DNA from: a virus
Lineage: Duplodnaviria; Caudoviricetes
Direction: 5' to 3' (one strand)
IMG/VR virus record: IMGVR_UViG_3300027255_000165
DNA: 64,000 nucleotides
The notes beneath the pieces were generated by a model, which ran no database searches, was not told the DNA's origin, and worked only from the letters and a program-made list of their open reading frames with translations. This document shows positions 24,565 to 34,700 of the stretch, in pieces. The translations under genes were made by a program, and so were the position numbers. Position 1 is the stretch's first letter, and each line of letters opens with the position of its first letter.

Positions 24565-26700
24565 TTACTTCTTAAATCTCTTAGCGATTTCTTCGCCAAT
24601 ACCAGTTACATCGTAACCGATAGATTTCTTAGGAGCTTCTTCTTTCTTAGCTTCTGTGATCATAGTTAGCTTTTCCATAACTGGAGCAACTTCTCTTAGA
24701 TCTCTTGTTTGCCAGAAGTTAGCAACTTGGTAAGGAGTAGAAAGCTTCACCATCTTAGCTTGAGCAGATAATTGATTTCTCTTAGCTTCAGATAGGTTAT
24801 TCCAGATCTCTTTGTATTCAGCTGGAGCAGCTTCCACAAAGTAAGGAGTAGTTTGACCTGCAACTTCAACTAGAGCACCTTCCATTAGAGTAACAATTTG
24901 TGACTCTGTTAGGTAACCTCTACCTTCAACTGCTGAAAGAACTTTAGTTCTGTCTTCAACTTCTAGTTCGTTGAATCTTGTCTTAGTAGATTCAGATACA
25001 AACTTGAAGAAGTGAGGATCGTTAGTCTTCTTTTCAGTAGCTTTGTTGATTAGAGAAGAAAGCTTCTCAGAGATTTCTCTTTTGTAAGACTCTAGAGCGT
25101 CATCGGTGATTGCATCTTCTTCAGATGGAATTTCCTGATCAGCTTGCTTAGTGATTTTCTTATCGTCTTCAGAAGAAACTTCGTCCATATCAGCTTCTAG
25201 GTCTTCAGCGTCGATAGCACCTTCAGCAGATTCTTCAACTTCTTCACCTTCTTTAACTGTTACAGGGTATGTCTTACCGTCGAATTCAAATTCTTTCTCA
25301 CCTTTATCTTTAGCTTCTTTAGCTGCAGCAGCGAAAGCTCTTCCTTCTTCGACTTCTTCAGTCTCTTCAGTCTCTTCTGACTCTTCAGCTTCAACAACTT
25401 CTTTAGCAGCTTCTTCACCTTCATCTTCTGGTGCGTCTTGATCAGCTGCGTCAAGTTCTTTCTTGTCATCTTCAGAGTAAACCTCTTTAGTGTCAGCCTC
25501 TAGGTCTTCAGCTTCAACACCAGCTTCTTCACCAGCTGCATCAACTGAACCTTCAGCTGAATTGTCACCAACGTTTTCTAGCTCGTTCTTGTCTGCTGCT
25601 TCTTCGTGATCTTTTGCTGCTCCTTCACCTTCTTCTTCAACGATTAGGTTAGAATTAATAGTTTCAGCAATGTAATCAGCGTATTCAGAGATTGACTCGA
25701 TGTTTTCTTTTAGGTAGTTTAGATACTTTTGAACATTCTCACCTGTAGTAACACCTTCGTTGTAAGATTCTGCCAAATAATTAGCGTAATCCTTAACGTT
25801 ATTTACTGACTCAGCGATGTGCTCAGAGTATTCAATTCCTTGGTCCAACTTTTCTGCCAAGTAGTTAGAGTATTCGATGTTACCATCTAATTTTTCTGCA
25901 ACGTACTCAGAGTACTGAATACCTTTGTCAGCTCTTTCAGCAACGTATTCTACGTACTCTGTAAGAGCTTTCATCTTCTCTTCAATAGTCTCAGTAGAAA
26001 CGGCGGCTAGAGCTTCTTTAAGCGATTTGATCTCTTCAGCAAGGTAGGCAGAGTACTTGTTGAAATCTTCAACCGCTATAAATCTAGCTTTGTTTTCCAT
26101 GATGTTTGTATCGTTATTTTCGATTTTAGTTTCTGTTTCAAGTAGAGTAGCAACTCCTCCAATTTCATAGATTTGAATTAGATCGTCGTTAGCTAGTCCG
26201 TAAGATTCATTTACTCTTGCAAGTTCAGCGTTCTCGAAACCTGGATCAGCAACTAGATCGTAAGTGAAAAGTTGCTTGATTTTAACTTTACCGTCTGATT
26301 CAACAACACCAGCAGCTCTTGAAGAGATGTGCAATGGAATGCCAGAATCAACTAGAGCTTTAGCTTGCTTTCCAGCATCTGTGTCTAGTAGTCTGATTCT
26401 ACCTCTGATTTGCTTAGAATCTTGATCGTAGTGAAGTTCCTCGATTACGTGTGAAACGTTTCTTAGAGAAATGTCAAATTTTTGTGGGTGATCAAGCTCA
26501 CCTAATAGCTTAGATGACTTGATTTTCTCCTGTAGAGATTCGATTTGTGGTAAGTATTCTTCAGCTGTATAGATACGATTGTTTCTATTCTTTTTGTCCA
26601 GCTCTCCGAAAATACCTTCGAGTACGTATGAACCTCCTTCTGATTTGAAGTCCAGTGTATTCGATGATCTCTCAAGGATCAATAGATTATGTTGATTCAT
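24565..26700 (-). CDS. gp21: prohead protease (gp21) fused to acidic scaffold (gp22-like)
   Basis: NRNNRIY, GELDHP, ISSRAAG, TYDLVADPG in N-terminal ~170 aa; long acidic coiled-coil follows. Confidence 0.92.
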   Translation of the reverse strand: MNQHNLLILERSSNTLDFKSEGGSYVLEGIFGELDKKNRNNRIYTAEEYLPQIESLQEKIKSSKLLGELDHPQKFDISLRNVSHVIEELHYDQDSKQIRGRIRLLDTDAGKQAKALVDSGIPLHISSRAAGVVESDGKVKIKQLFTYDLVADPGFENAELARVNESYGLANDDLIQIYEIGGVATLLETETKIENNDTNIMENKARFIAVEDFNKYSAYLAEEIKSLKEALAAVSTETIEEKMKALTEYVEYVAERADKGIQYSEYVAEKLDGNIEYSNYLAEKLDQGIEYSEHIAESVNNVKDYANYLAESYNEGVTTGENVQKYLNYLKENIESISEYADYIAETINSNLIVEEEGEGAAKDHEEAADKNELENVGDNSAEGSVDAAGEEAGVEAEDLEADTKEVYSEDDKKELDAADQDAPEDEGEEAAKEVVEAEESEETEETEEVEEGRAFAAAAKEAKDKGEKEFEFDGKTYPVTVKEGEEVEESAEGAIDAEDLEADMDEVSSEDDKKITKQADQEIPSEEDAITDDALESYKREISEKLSSLINKATEKKTNDPHFFKFVSESTKTRFNELEVEDRTKVLSAVEGRGYLTESQIVTLMEGALVEVAGQTTPYFVEAAPAEYKEIWNNLSEAKRNQLSAQAKMVKLSTPYQVANFWQTRDLREVAPVMEKLTMITEAKKEEAPKKSIGYDVTGIGEEIAKRFKK

Positions 26701-26722
26701 GAACCTTATAGTATATTTGGTT

Positions 26723-26730
26723 TATATATC
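26723..26730 (-). promoter_or_regulatory. late promoter GATATATA
   Basis: Recurring octamer. Confidence 0.65.
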
Positions 26731-26757
26731 CTGATGAAAAAAGAGAAAAATGATTTT

Positions 26758-27102
26758 TTATAGATCTGCTAGAGGATCTTCCTCTCCATCTCCACCATCA
26801 GCTTCTTTCTCAGCTTCTTTTTCTTTCTCTTTCACTTCTGCTTGATAATCATTGAAATACTTTTTGATCTTTTCAATGTCTTCAGTAGAAAATGATAATT
26901 GACCAAACTTATCGTACATTTTATCTACTGTTTCTTCCTCTGTTTCAGAAGATATTACAATGCCTAAGATCTCTTCTGAAGAGATTTCAGTTCCATCGGT
27001 TGTAATCATATCGTCGATCACAACTTCTGATTCTTCTCCGGCTTTAATAGCATCTTCAGTAATTGAAGACCAGTATTGTTCAAATGTCTTTAGATTTTTC
27101 AT
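26758..27102 (-). CDS. acidic prohead core protein (gp67/68 position)
   Basis: Between portal and protease; MKNLKTFEQY signal. Confidence 0.65.
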   Translation of the reverse strand: MKNLKTFEQYWSSITEDAIKAGEESEVVIDDMITTDGTEISSEEILGIVISSETEEETVDKMYDKFGQLSFSTEDIEKIKKYFNDYQAEVKEKEKEAEKEADGGDGEEDPLADL

Positions 27103-27120
27103 AGTCTATTTATCTGTGTG

Positions 27121-28728
27121 TTACATTCCTCCGCCCATCGCTGCCATTGGGTCTGGATCATCTTCACCAGCTTGTTTAGCTTCTTTACGAGCTTTATATG
27201 CATCGTTAGCTGCTTTATCGTCTGGAGTTAGTTTTAAGTATCTGTCAACTAAGAAGTCCATATCAAAGTAGTGTTCTTCTTCCATCGTTGCAGGATCAGT
27301 AATAACTAGGTTATCTTTCAATGAACCGATGAAGTCAATTCTACGTTCCATGATTTCCATGTTCTTCAGTTCAGCAAACATGTTCTCTTCATTAAATCTT
27401 AGAGCGATTTGAGTTCTAAATGCAGCATCATCTGCAAACTCTGGGAATTTAATAGACAACTGGATGAACAGTGGCTTTACAAGAACTTCTTGGAAAGCTG
27501 ATCTCAAACGTCTAACAAATTTAGAGAACTTGATTTCGTCTCTAATCATACCGTCAGCTGCAAGGTTGAATTCACCACCGCCATCTTCATACATGAAACG
27601 GTTGAATGGAATCTTAGATACATGCTTCAACTTATCAGAGAAGTACTTAAGAGCTTCCGTGTCTGATAGATCTGGACCATCACCTCCTAGGGTTTCAATC
27701 TCTGGTGATTCACCTTCTTTTGAAGGCAACCAGTATTCTTTGTTGAACTGCATCATTGGCTTACCGTCGGTTGTCAGTGTACCTGATTCCCAATCAAAGT
27801 CAACGACTTCTTTATAGTTATTCATCAATTGTGCTAGAGATTGCTTAGCACGTGTTTTTGATTTACCACCCATTGGAATCACAAACTTCATTCTGAATGA
27901 AGCGTTAGTCACTGCCCAAATAACTCGGGTGTGTTCCATGATTCTCATTAGGTTAAATGCTCTAACCAATCTTTCTACATAAGAAACTCTTGATGCAGTT
28001 GTAATTGAAGAGTATGAGATGTAAATGATCTGTGCATCATAAAGAACTCTTTCCTTAATAGGATCATCCTTATATTGAATCCAAACCTTTTTACCGTCTT
28101 CTTTATTATAACCTGGCATTAGGGTTACAGGATCTAGTTCTTTAAAACCAATGATCTGCTTTTGGTCAGGTGAATAAATGATTTCAAACGCTAGGTAACC
28201 ATCAATCAGGAACTTTCTAAAATAGTACCATGCAGATTGATCTTGGTTAAAACCAAAGTATTGATAGATTTCTCTAAATGCTCTCTTAAAATAAGCATCT
28301 ACTTCATCTGATACATCAAATCCGATGATGTCAGGATAACAGAAAAAGTTCTTTTCATCATAGACAACTGTCTCATCACAAAGAATGTCAAGAATGTCTT
28401 CAATTTCATCATGAAGTGAGAATCTTCTAAGCTCATCTCTTTTAGCAGGATAGTTTTTATCAAAGAAAGGAATTTGCTTTCTCATGTTGGTGTCGGTCAT
28501 CGACAACGCTGCAAACGCAGCATAGATGTCGTCATTGTCAACACCCATCGGGTTGATCTGACCGTAACCGAATTGCGCTTCCATTGGTCCGATTGCTTGA
28601 GATTGGCGCAATACCAAATCATCATAATACATACCGAACGACGAAAGTCGCTTCAGACCATCACTAAGAGTGAATGGTCTTCTGCCCGTCGATAGGGGAC
28701 CGTTTCTATTTTCTACAAAACCTGCCAT
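27121..28728 (-). CDS. gp20: portal protein (gp20-like)
   Basis: FRKFLIDG, RIMEHTRVIWAVTNA, EYWLPSKEG..PEIETLGG, KIPFNR. Confidence 0.95.
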   Translation of the reverse strand: MAGFVENRNGPLSTGRRPFTLSDGLKRLSSFGMYYDDLVLRQSQAIGPMEAQFGYGQINPMGVDNDDIYAAFAALSMTDTNMRKQIPFFDKNYPAKRDELRRFSLHDEIEDILDILCDETVVYDEKNFFCYPDIIGFDVSDEVDAYFKRAFREIYQYFGFNQDQSAWYYFRKFLIDGYLAFEIIYSPDQKQIIGFKELDPVTLMPGYNKEDGKKVWIQYKDDPIKERVLYDAQIIYISYSSITTASRVSYVERLVRAFNLMRIMEHTRVIWAVTNASFRMKFVIPMGGKSKTRAKQSLAQLMNNYKEVVDFDWESGTLTTDGKPMMQFNKEYWLPSKEGESPEIETLGGDGPDLSDTEALKYFSDKLKHVSKIPFNRFMYEDGGGEFNLAADGMIRDEIKFSKFVRRLRSAFQEVLVKPLFIQLSIKFPEFADDAAFRTQIALRFNEENMFAELKNMEIMERRIDFIGSLKDNLVITDPATMEEEHYFDMDFLVDRYLKLTPDDKAANDAYKARKEAKQAGEDDPDPMAAMGGGM

Positions 28729-28750
28729 GTGTTAAAAACTAGTTTCTCGT

Positions 28751-28758
28751 TATATATT
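28751..28758 (-). promoter_or_regulatory. late promoter AATATATA (portal)
   Basis: Recurring octamer. Confidence 0.6.
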
Positions 28759-28760
28759 CT

Positions 28761-29366
28761 TCATTTTTTGTTGTAATCTCTGAACTGTCTCTGAATGCTA
28801 GCTAATGAAGCTCCTTCTAGTTCTATGAAATCGCACAACGCAATTAGGTGCCAGTTCTCATAACTAACAACCGCTTGCTTTCTTTTCAACATCGGGATGT
28901 ACTGCCTAACAGCAAATCCAAACCCGTATCTGTCTAAATAACTTTTTGCACCTGCATAAGTCATTTGTAATCGACCCTGAGCATTGGCATCATCCTTTGC
29001 TCTTGTCGTTAGTGTCTTAATAGAACCACTGAGACGTGTGTAAATATCGTCTAACAGTTTTTCTTTAATTTCAACCGGTAATAGATTTAGATTGATTCCG
29101 CAATCATTTCCTGCTACTGGATCGAGCGCTAACACAACGGGATTTCTGTCCCACCATGCAAGATATTGTTCTGTTTTCGGGTTATCATACCTGAAAACAT
29201 ATATTTTACCGGGAATAAAGGGTAAAGTTTTCGATTTAGCAACACTTTTATCTCTAAAAGAGTTTAAAGCTTTGTTATACCATACCTCGGCCGCCTTTCG
29301 AGCAGCCGTCTTACCTCCATTATCCTTAGAATACTTTGCTATTTTAGATTTGATTTCTCCCATCAC
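28761..29366 (-). CDS. gp2: DNA end protector protein (gp2-like)
   Basis: PGKIYVFRYD.K...WWDRNPVV...GINLNLLP pattern. Confidence 0.8.
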   Translation of the reverse strand: MMGEIKSKIAKYSKDNGGKTAARKAAEVWYNKALNSFRDKSVAKSKTLPFIPGKIYVFRYDNPKTEQYLAWWDRNPVVLALDPVAGNDCGINLNLLPVEIKEKLLDDIYTRLSGSIKTLTTRAKDDANAQGRLQMTYAGAKSYLDRYGFGFAVRQYIPMLKRKQAVVSYENWHLIALCDFIELEGASLASIQRQFRDYNKK

Positions 29367-29839
29367 TTAAGCGAGTTTTCTGTCATAACAACAAACCTAC
29401 AACCTCGGTCTTCAGCATACTTTTTAGCTGAAATATATTTATCACGATTCGTAACGTACTGTTCGGCTAAGAATTTATAACCGTCAATTGCCTTTTTCGA
29501 ATTTGTCTTCGGTGGTTCAGGCTTAGTGATTTGAGCTTCGGGTTTGATTTCAACAATCAATTGCTCTTGGGAACCATCTTCCTTTAGGATCTTAATGTAA
29601 AAATCGGGGTGGTAGGTTCTTTCTTTTTTGTAAAGAGTTGACCAATACTTGATTTCAATCGGTTCACTAGACCACATTAGAACTCTTTCATTGGTGTCGC
29701 ACCAAATCATGAACTTACGTTCCCATGAACTTCTGAAAATAACGGGTTGCGGACCCACATACTTTTCTAAGTTGTGAGGCTTATAGTAACCTTGGATGAA
29801 TCCAGATTTCTTAGTAGGTTTAACCCGTTTAATTGACAT
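29363..29839 (-). CDS. gp4: head completion nuclease (gp4, TnsA-like)
   Basis: QGYYKP.N..KY.G, FRSSWERKFM.WCD, WSSE, YHPDF, VEIKP. Confidence 0.92.
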   Translation of the reverse strand: MSIKRVKPTKKSGFIQGYYKPHNLEKYVGPQPVIFRSSWERKFMIWCDTNERVLMWSSEPIEIKYWSTLYKKERTYHPDFYIKILKEDGSQEQLIVEIKPEAQITKPEPPKTNSKKAIDGYKFLAEQYVTNRDKYISAKKYAEDRGCRFVVMTENSLK

Positions 29840-30210
29840 TAAATTGTGTAAATTCCACCTTCTCCATCTTCGGTTCTATAACCTGCACGATCGATTGAAA
29901 GTGTGCCCTTATACTTTTGTGGATGAATCTTATTCCAACCCTTTGCATAACCTCGCTTTGCAATCTCTGTAAAATATGCAAATGCATTAGGGTATTGTGG
30001 ATTGAAGTTTCTCCAATACTTCAACATATCTAGTAGCGCAAACTGAAGACAGTCCTCTCGATCTTCATCGTAGACGTATTTCATTTTACGAATGGCTCGA
30101 TCCGCCAAAAGCATCAGCATTTTTTCAGCATCAGAAGTTAATTTGTCCTGATCTTTTGACTTAACGATCTCGTTGTAAAGATCCTTGTTATTAAGATAAT
30201 TTCTAGCCAC
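29839..30210 (-). CDS. gp55: late transcription sigma factor (gp55-like), compact
   Basis: YLNNKDL...REDC...NFNP...NAFAYFTEI; GTG at 30210 is the likely start because the class I promoter lies at 30238. Confidence 0.85.
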   Translation of the reverse strand: MARNYLNNKDLYNEIVKSKDQDKLTSDAEKMLMLLADRAIRKMKYVYDEDREDCLQFALLDMLKYWRNFNPQYPNAFAYFTEIAKRGYAKGWNKIHPQKYKGTLSIDRAGYRTEDGEGGIYTI

Positions 30211-30237
30211 TGTTGTGTTGTGTATTATTTGATACCT

Positions 30238-30279
30238 TTTATACACCTAAAAGGCCAGAAAGTTTATTCCTGGCCTTTT
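30238..30279 (-). promoter_or_regulatory. class I-like promoter ATAAAC-N18-TATAAA overlapping terminator AAAAGGCCAG/CTGGCCTTTT
   Basis: Both elements visible in the intergenic region. Confidence 0.55.
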
Positions 30280-30298
30280 CGTGTAGGGTTAAAGTAAA

Positions 30299-31066
30299 TT
30301 AAAGTGCAGATTTGACTTCGGCAATATCTGCCTCAATCTTCTTGATCTCACCTTCAATCAGAGCATCAGCTGCTTTGATTTCATCGATAGATCTGTCTGC
30401 GTCAGCTAGAAGATTTCTCTGATCCTTTAAGAAGTGAATCATTTCTTCTAGATTTTCGATCTTCTTAAGAGTTACAACTCTATCAGCTGCTTCACCTTCT
30501 AATAGATTAGATAGGAACATTGAAGCGTCAAGACCAGTCTTTTCAGTTACGTACTCAATCGCTGTATTTGCAGTGTTAACTCTTGTGAACTTCTGCATTC
30601 TTGTAGATTTGTTGAACGTAGATGTGTAAACGTTTTCTTCTAGTTTGAATAGATCTACAACGTTATTAGCATTTTCAAATGTCTGAACGAAATCTAGAGC
30701 GATGTACTTATCAACGTTAGAAGCTGCTTCAACGAATAGCTCAGCGGTCTCTTTATGTTCGTATCTAATGACACCGGCTGCCAAAACGTGATTAACGAAA
30801 GATTCAGATAAAATCTCGCTATTACCCAAGAAGAACTTGCCTTCTTCGATCGAGTATCTCATTCTGTTAACTCCATGAAACCATCTGATTTCATTGTTTT
30901 CAAATCTGAATGCTGAAAGAGCTTCAACAAGTCTTGTAAATTCTGAAGGGATTTGACCTTCTGCTTCTGAGATCTCGTTAGTTTCAGTGTTAACTACATA
31001 AGGTAGGTTTCTTACTGCAACTAGAACTTGATTCTCGCTTAGTTGGAAAAATGGTGAAATAATCAT
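30299..31066 (-). CDS. hypothetical virion protein
   Basis: 255 aa; GATATATA at 31095-31102 upstream. Confidence 0.75.
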   Translation of the reverse strand: MIISPFFQLSENQVLVAVRNLPYVVNTETNEISEAEGQIPSEFTRLVEALSAFRFENNEIRWFHGVNRMRYSIEEGKFFLGNSEILSESFVNHVLAAGVIRYEHKETAELFVEAASNVDKYIALDFVQTFENANNVVDLFKLEENVYTSTFNKSTRMQKFTRVNTANTAIEYVTEKTGLDASMFLSNLLEGEAADRVVTLKKIENLEEMIHFLKDQRNLLADADRSIDEIKAADALIEGEIKKIEADIAEVKSAL

Positions 31067-31104
31067 CTTTGAGTGATTTATTTTAATCTTTAACTATATA
31101 TCAG

Positions 31105-31893
31105 TTAATCTACGATGCCCGGGGGATTGGATACATTAGTTCTATCGAACCTGTCGGGCGCAGTTTCAGTGGTGTAAGAATGAATTTCAAACATTCTGTT
31201 ACCAATGTGCATTTCAGTTTCAAATTCAAACGATGGAATGAATGAACTAACTTCAACTGAGAAAGTAATTTTGTAACCTTCTTTAGAGTCGAATGTAAAT
31301 TCAATTGGTCTCTCGGTTGTGTAGTCCTCGGGCATTGCATAGTATGAAGAGATTCTATATGTGCCTTCATCTAAGTGGCCAACCTCGACGTTAAAGTAGT
31401 TTGACTTATACAACCTTTTAATGATCATCTCAGTGATCTTAAAGTTATCTAGTTGTGAGGAAGTAATAATCTCAATATCAAATGAAAGATTGACCGGAAT
31501 CATCTCAAACTCCGCTGTGTAACCTTCCATAGCACCTTGATCGTTCATCTTAGCGTATTCACCCCTGGTTCTCTTGTTAACCAGTTTAGAAGAATCAATT
31601 GACATTGAAGTTAGGTTTGCAACACCTCTTGGAACAATGTCATAATTGCCATCCGCTCTAACATCTCCTGGAGCACAGTTCAAACCGTCCTTGGTTAAGA
31701 ACAGAAACTGATCCTTTAAAAAGTCTTCATCTCCAGAAATAGAGTAATAGAATGGCACGTCAACCTCAACTCGAGTATCTGCATCCATCTGACGATAGAA
31801 GTAAACTTTGTTGTTAAGGTCTGCAAGAAGTCCGATGATCAAGTGTCTAATAACACTGTCATCCTTGTTGTACTTTACGTTGTATGTTGCCAT
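31105..31893 (-). CDS. gp15: tail terminator / sheath stabilizer (gp15-like)
   Basis: IRHLIIGLLADLNN..., VDVPFYY, VPRG, PVNLSFDIEI; late promoter at 31898. Confidence 0.65.
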   Translation of the reverse strand: MATYNVKYNKDDSVIRHLIIGLLADLNNKVYFYRQMDADTRVEVDVPFYYSISGDEDFLKDQFLFLTKDGLNCAPGDVRADGNYDIVPRGVANLTSMSIDSSKLVNKRTRGEYAKMNDQGAMEGYTAEFEMIPVNLSFDIEIITSSQLDNFKITEMIIKRLYKSNYFNVEVGHLDEGTYRISSYYAMPEDYTTERPIEFTFDSKEGYKITFSVEVSSFIPSFEFETEMHIGNRMFEIHSYTTETAPDRFDRTNVSNPPGIVD

Positions 31894-31905
31894 ACACTAT
31901 ATATC

Positions 31906-33579
31906 TTATTCGATGGACTCTATCTCGAACTTCGAGAACCCGTTATCACGATAGATCTGTAACTTTTTGTCAAAGATTTCGTGAGGTAGAACGGTGTGAT
32001 TGATAACAAAGGTGTTGATCTGGTTTTCTTTGATCACCTGTGATAGAATCTTCAAGATGTTGTAAACACCATCCTGGTCAACAGAACTCAACAATTCGTC
32101 AAGGAATAGAAGGTTCAATTGTGGGAATCTGAGTTTTAGGATCTTGATGATGGCAATGATGATAATGAAATCCGCCTTCTTACGTTCACCGGTTGATAGG
32201 GTCATTGGGTTAACCTCTTCACCGTGATTGGTAATGATACAATCAAACTTGTCATTGAATCGAATGTGGAACGGAAGGTGCATTGTGTTCGCCATTGCAG
32301 CGATGTTGGTGTTCAATCCAGGTAGAATAGTCTTAACCGCTAGATTCTTCACACCGTCTTCACCTAGGATTGATTCAATCAACTCTAAGAACTGATAATC
32401 ATTAGAGTGTTTAGACTTATCCTGACTCTTTTGAACCTCTTGGTCTTCAAACTCACGAATTAGGGAGTTCAAGGATTCAAACTGTTCTGATGCCCCAACC
32501 GTTTCTTTGATCTTAATCAACTCATTCTTGATTGAACGAATGTTGGTATTCAGGGTTGAAACCTTATCTAAGACCGCACGTTCTTTAACACGAGTATCAT
32601 TAATCTTTTGTTTGATTAATTGAACCTCTTGTTCCGCCTTTTGAAGTTGTTCTGGAGTTTCATTAACTCGGTCTTTGTACTCCTTTTTCTTGTGAACGTG
32701 AAATTCAGAATCTAAAGGTGCTTCACAAGTTGGACAGGTGTTGTTCTCGTATAGGGACAGTTTTCTCTTCGCAGATTCAAGTTCGTACTTTAGTTTGGTG
32801 TAACTTGAGGTCTTGGTTTCAAGATCAGTTTCAAACGTGCCAATCCTGTCAGTGATCTGATCTCTTGCCTCTTCAAGTTTCTTACGATTGTCATCAAACT
32901 TTACCAGTTGTGACTTTAATTTTTCAATCTGACCCTTGGACTTTTCATCACTCTCCGCTTGTAATTGATTCAACTTCATTTTAACCTGAACGATTGATTC
33001 TTCAATCTGTCGCAGTTCAGTGTCATACGAATCAATATCCGTCTTTAGGTTCTTACGTTCCTCCTTAACGGTTCGTTGCATGTCGTTCAGGATTGAGAAC
33101 CCAAACATACGGTCAATGATCTGTTTCTTGTCCATTGGGGACATGGTCAAGAAGGATTTAAAGTCGTTGATTGATAGGATAATAATGTTCTTGAATACGT
33201 GATATGGAATTCCATACACCTCTTCTTCAAGATACTCTTGAACTGATCTCTTACCCGCTTTGTCAAACTCAACCCCATTAACTAGGACTGAGAACCTAGA
33301 GGGTGCAAGACCACGTTCAATCTCAATGTCCATCGTACCACACTGAAGTTTGATACGAACCCATAATTCACGGTTAATACGGTTTGGAAGATCTGACATT
33401 CGAACACCTTCAACCTTACCATACAGGGCAAAGATGATTGCATTCGCAATGGTGGTCTTACCGTCACCGTTTTTACCCAGGGTCAAATACAACTCCGCCT
33501 TATCGTCAGAGAATTCAATCTTTTGAACCTTGTTTCCGTAAGATGCGATGTTCTTAAACTCTATCGACTTAATCTTCAT
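31906..33579 (-). CDS. gp46: recombination ATPase (gp46/SbcC)
   Basis: Walker A GKNGDGKTT, CPTC hook, signature LSTGE, Walker B LFLDE. Confidence 0.95.
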   Translation of the reverse strand: MKIKSIEFKNIASYGNKVQKIEFSDDKAELYLTLGKNGDGKTTIANAIIFALYGKVEGVRMSDLPNRINRELWVRIKLQCGTMDIEIERGLAPSRFSVLVNGVEFDKAGKRSVQEYLEEEVYGIPYHVFKNIIILSINDFKSFLTMSPMDKKQIIDRMFGFSILNDMQRTVKEERKNLKTDIDSYDTELRQIEESIVQVKMKLNQLQAESDEKSKGQIEKLKSQLVKFDDNRKKLEEARDQITDRIGTFETDLETKTSSYTKLKYELESAKRKLSLYENNTCPTCEAPLDSEFHVHKKKEYKDRVNETPEQLQKAEQEVQLIKQKINDTRVKERAVLDKVSTLNTNIRSIKNELIKIKETVGASEQFESLNSLIREFEDQEVQKSQDKSKHSNDYQFLELIESILGEDGVKNLAVKTILPGLNTNIAAMANTMHLPFHIRFNDKFDCIITNHGEEVNPMTLSTGERKKADFIIIIAIIKILKLRFPQLNLLFLDELLSSVDQDGVYNILKILSQVIKENQINTFVINHTVLPHEIFDKKLQIYRDNGFSKFEIESIE

Positions 33580-34700
33580 CCTTCCTCAGTGTTTACCTCG
33601 TAGTTATAGACACATCTGTCATGTAGATCTTTTAGAGTCTGATGTATCTTTTGTTTCATTTCATCGTCATGAGGTAACCCATCTACGTAGGTTCTGAATA
33701 GGTGTTGGATGTTATAATTTTTGTACTGTCCTTCAATCTCATCCATATCATACAGATCCTTGTCGATGATGTCTTGTTCCTGATAGATGTTGGGTTCGAT
33801 TCGTCGAGCGGACTTTTGAATCTTCTGAATTAGGGTGCCAAGGGATGCAGTCTGTGCAATCGAACTTGGAATGTACAGATCAACAAAGTTATTGTCAATG
33901 TGTTTCTTAAAGTCACCTAGAGTGGTATTGTACAGTGTAGTAATGTTGTACTTTACAAACTTGGGTGAATACTTGTTCTCAAAGAAGGTTTCTTCCATTG
34001 TTGACAAGTCAACCAGGTCAAATCCTTTAGGGTTTCCAGAATCTGAACGGGTTAGTTGGTACGGAGTACCAACCATTCGGAGTTGTCCTTTCTTTTGACG
34101 GTAGTGAATGTGACCTGAATACACTGCGTCATAACGATCAAAGTTTTGAGAGTCAGACCCATGTTCATTCTTAACCTTTGAATTCAATGCAACGCCTCGT
34201 ACTTCTGAGTGACAGAAAACGATGTTAGAGTTAGGAAACTCAGCGAGGGTTTCAGACTCATGATCAACGTCTCTTCTCCATGGCATCAGTAAGATCTTCT
34301 TGTCTAACCACTTATATTCGATCGGGTCTTTATAAACCTGTACACCTGGGATCCACTTGATTGAATCAATCGCAGACACGTCATTAGATTTCTTGGCCCA
34401 AATGTCGTGGTTACCAACAATAACATGTGTAGGTAGAATCTTACCCAGTCTTTCGAACAGGTTGATTGCATAGTGGAGAACCTTTAGGTTGATGGACTGA
34501 CGATTGTCAAATGCATCACCAACCTGAACCAACACATCACCAGGTTGAACGTTCTTTTCAAGGGTTGGAATAAACACCTTATCGTAAAAGTCCTGTTGAA
34601 TTTCCAACCACTCCTGAGAATTGGCACGAACCCCTAAGTGCATATCACCTAGGATCCACACCCTTTTAACGGGTTGTTGAAGTGTTTTCTGATCGATCAT
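33576..34700 (-). CDS. gp47: recombination nuclease (gp47/SbcD)
   Basis: GDMHLG, GDAFD, GNHD, GHIH phosphoesterase motifs. Confidence 0.95.
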   Translation of the reverse strand: MIDQKTLQQPVKRVWILGDMHLGVRANSQEWLEIQQDFYDKVFIPTLEKNVQPGDVLVQVGDAFDNRQSINLKVLHYAINLFERLGKILPTHVIVGNHDIWAKKSNDVSAIDSIKWIPGVQVYKDPIEYKWLDKKILLMPWRRDVDHESETLAEFPNSNIVFCHSEVRGVALNSKVKNEHGSDSQNFDRYDAVYSGHIHYRQKKGQLRMVGTPYQLTRSDSGNPKGFDLVDLSTMEETFFENKYSPKFVKYNITTLYNTTLGDFKKHIDNNFVDLYIPSSIAQTASLGTLIQKIQKSARRIEPNIYQEQDIIDKDLYDMDEIEGQYKNYNIQHLFRTYVDGLPHDDEMKQKIHQTLKDLHDRCVYNYEVNTEEG

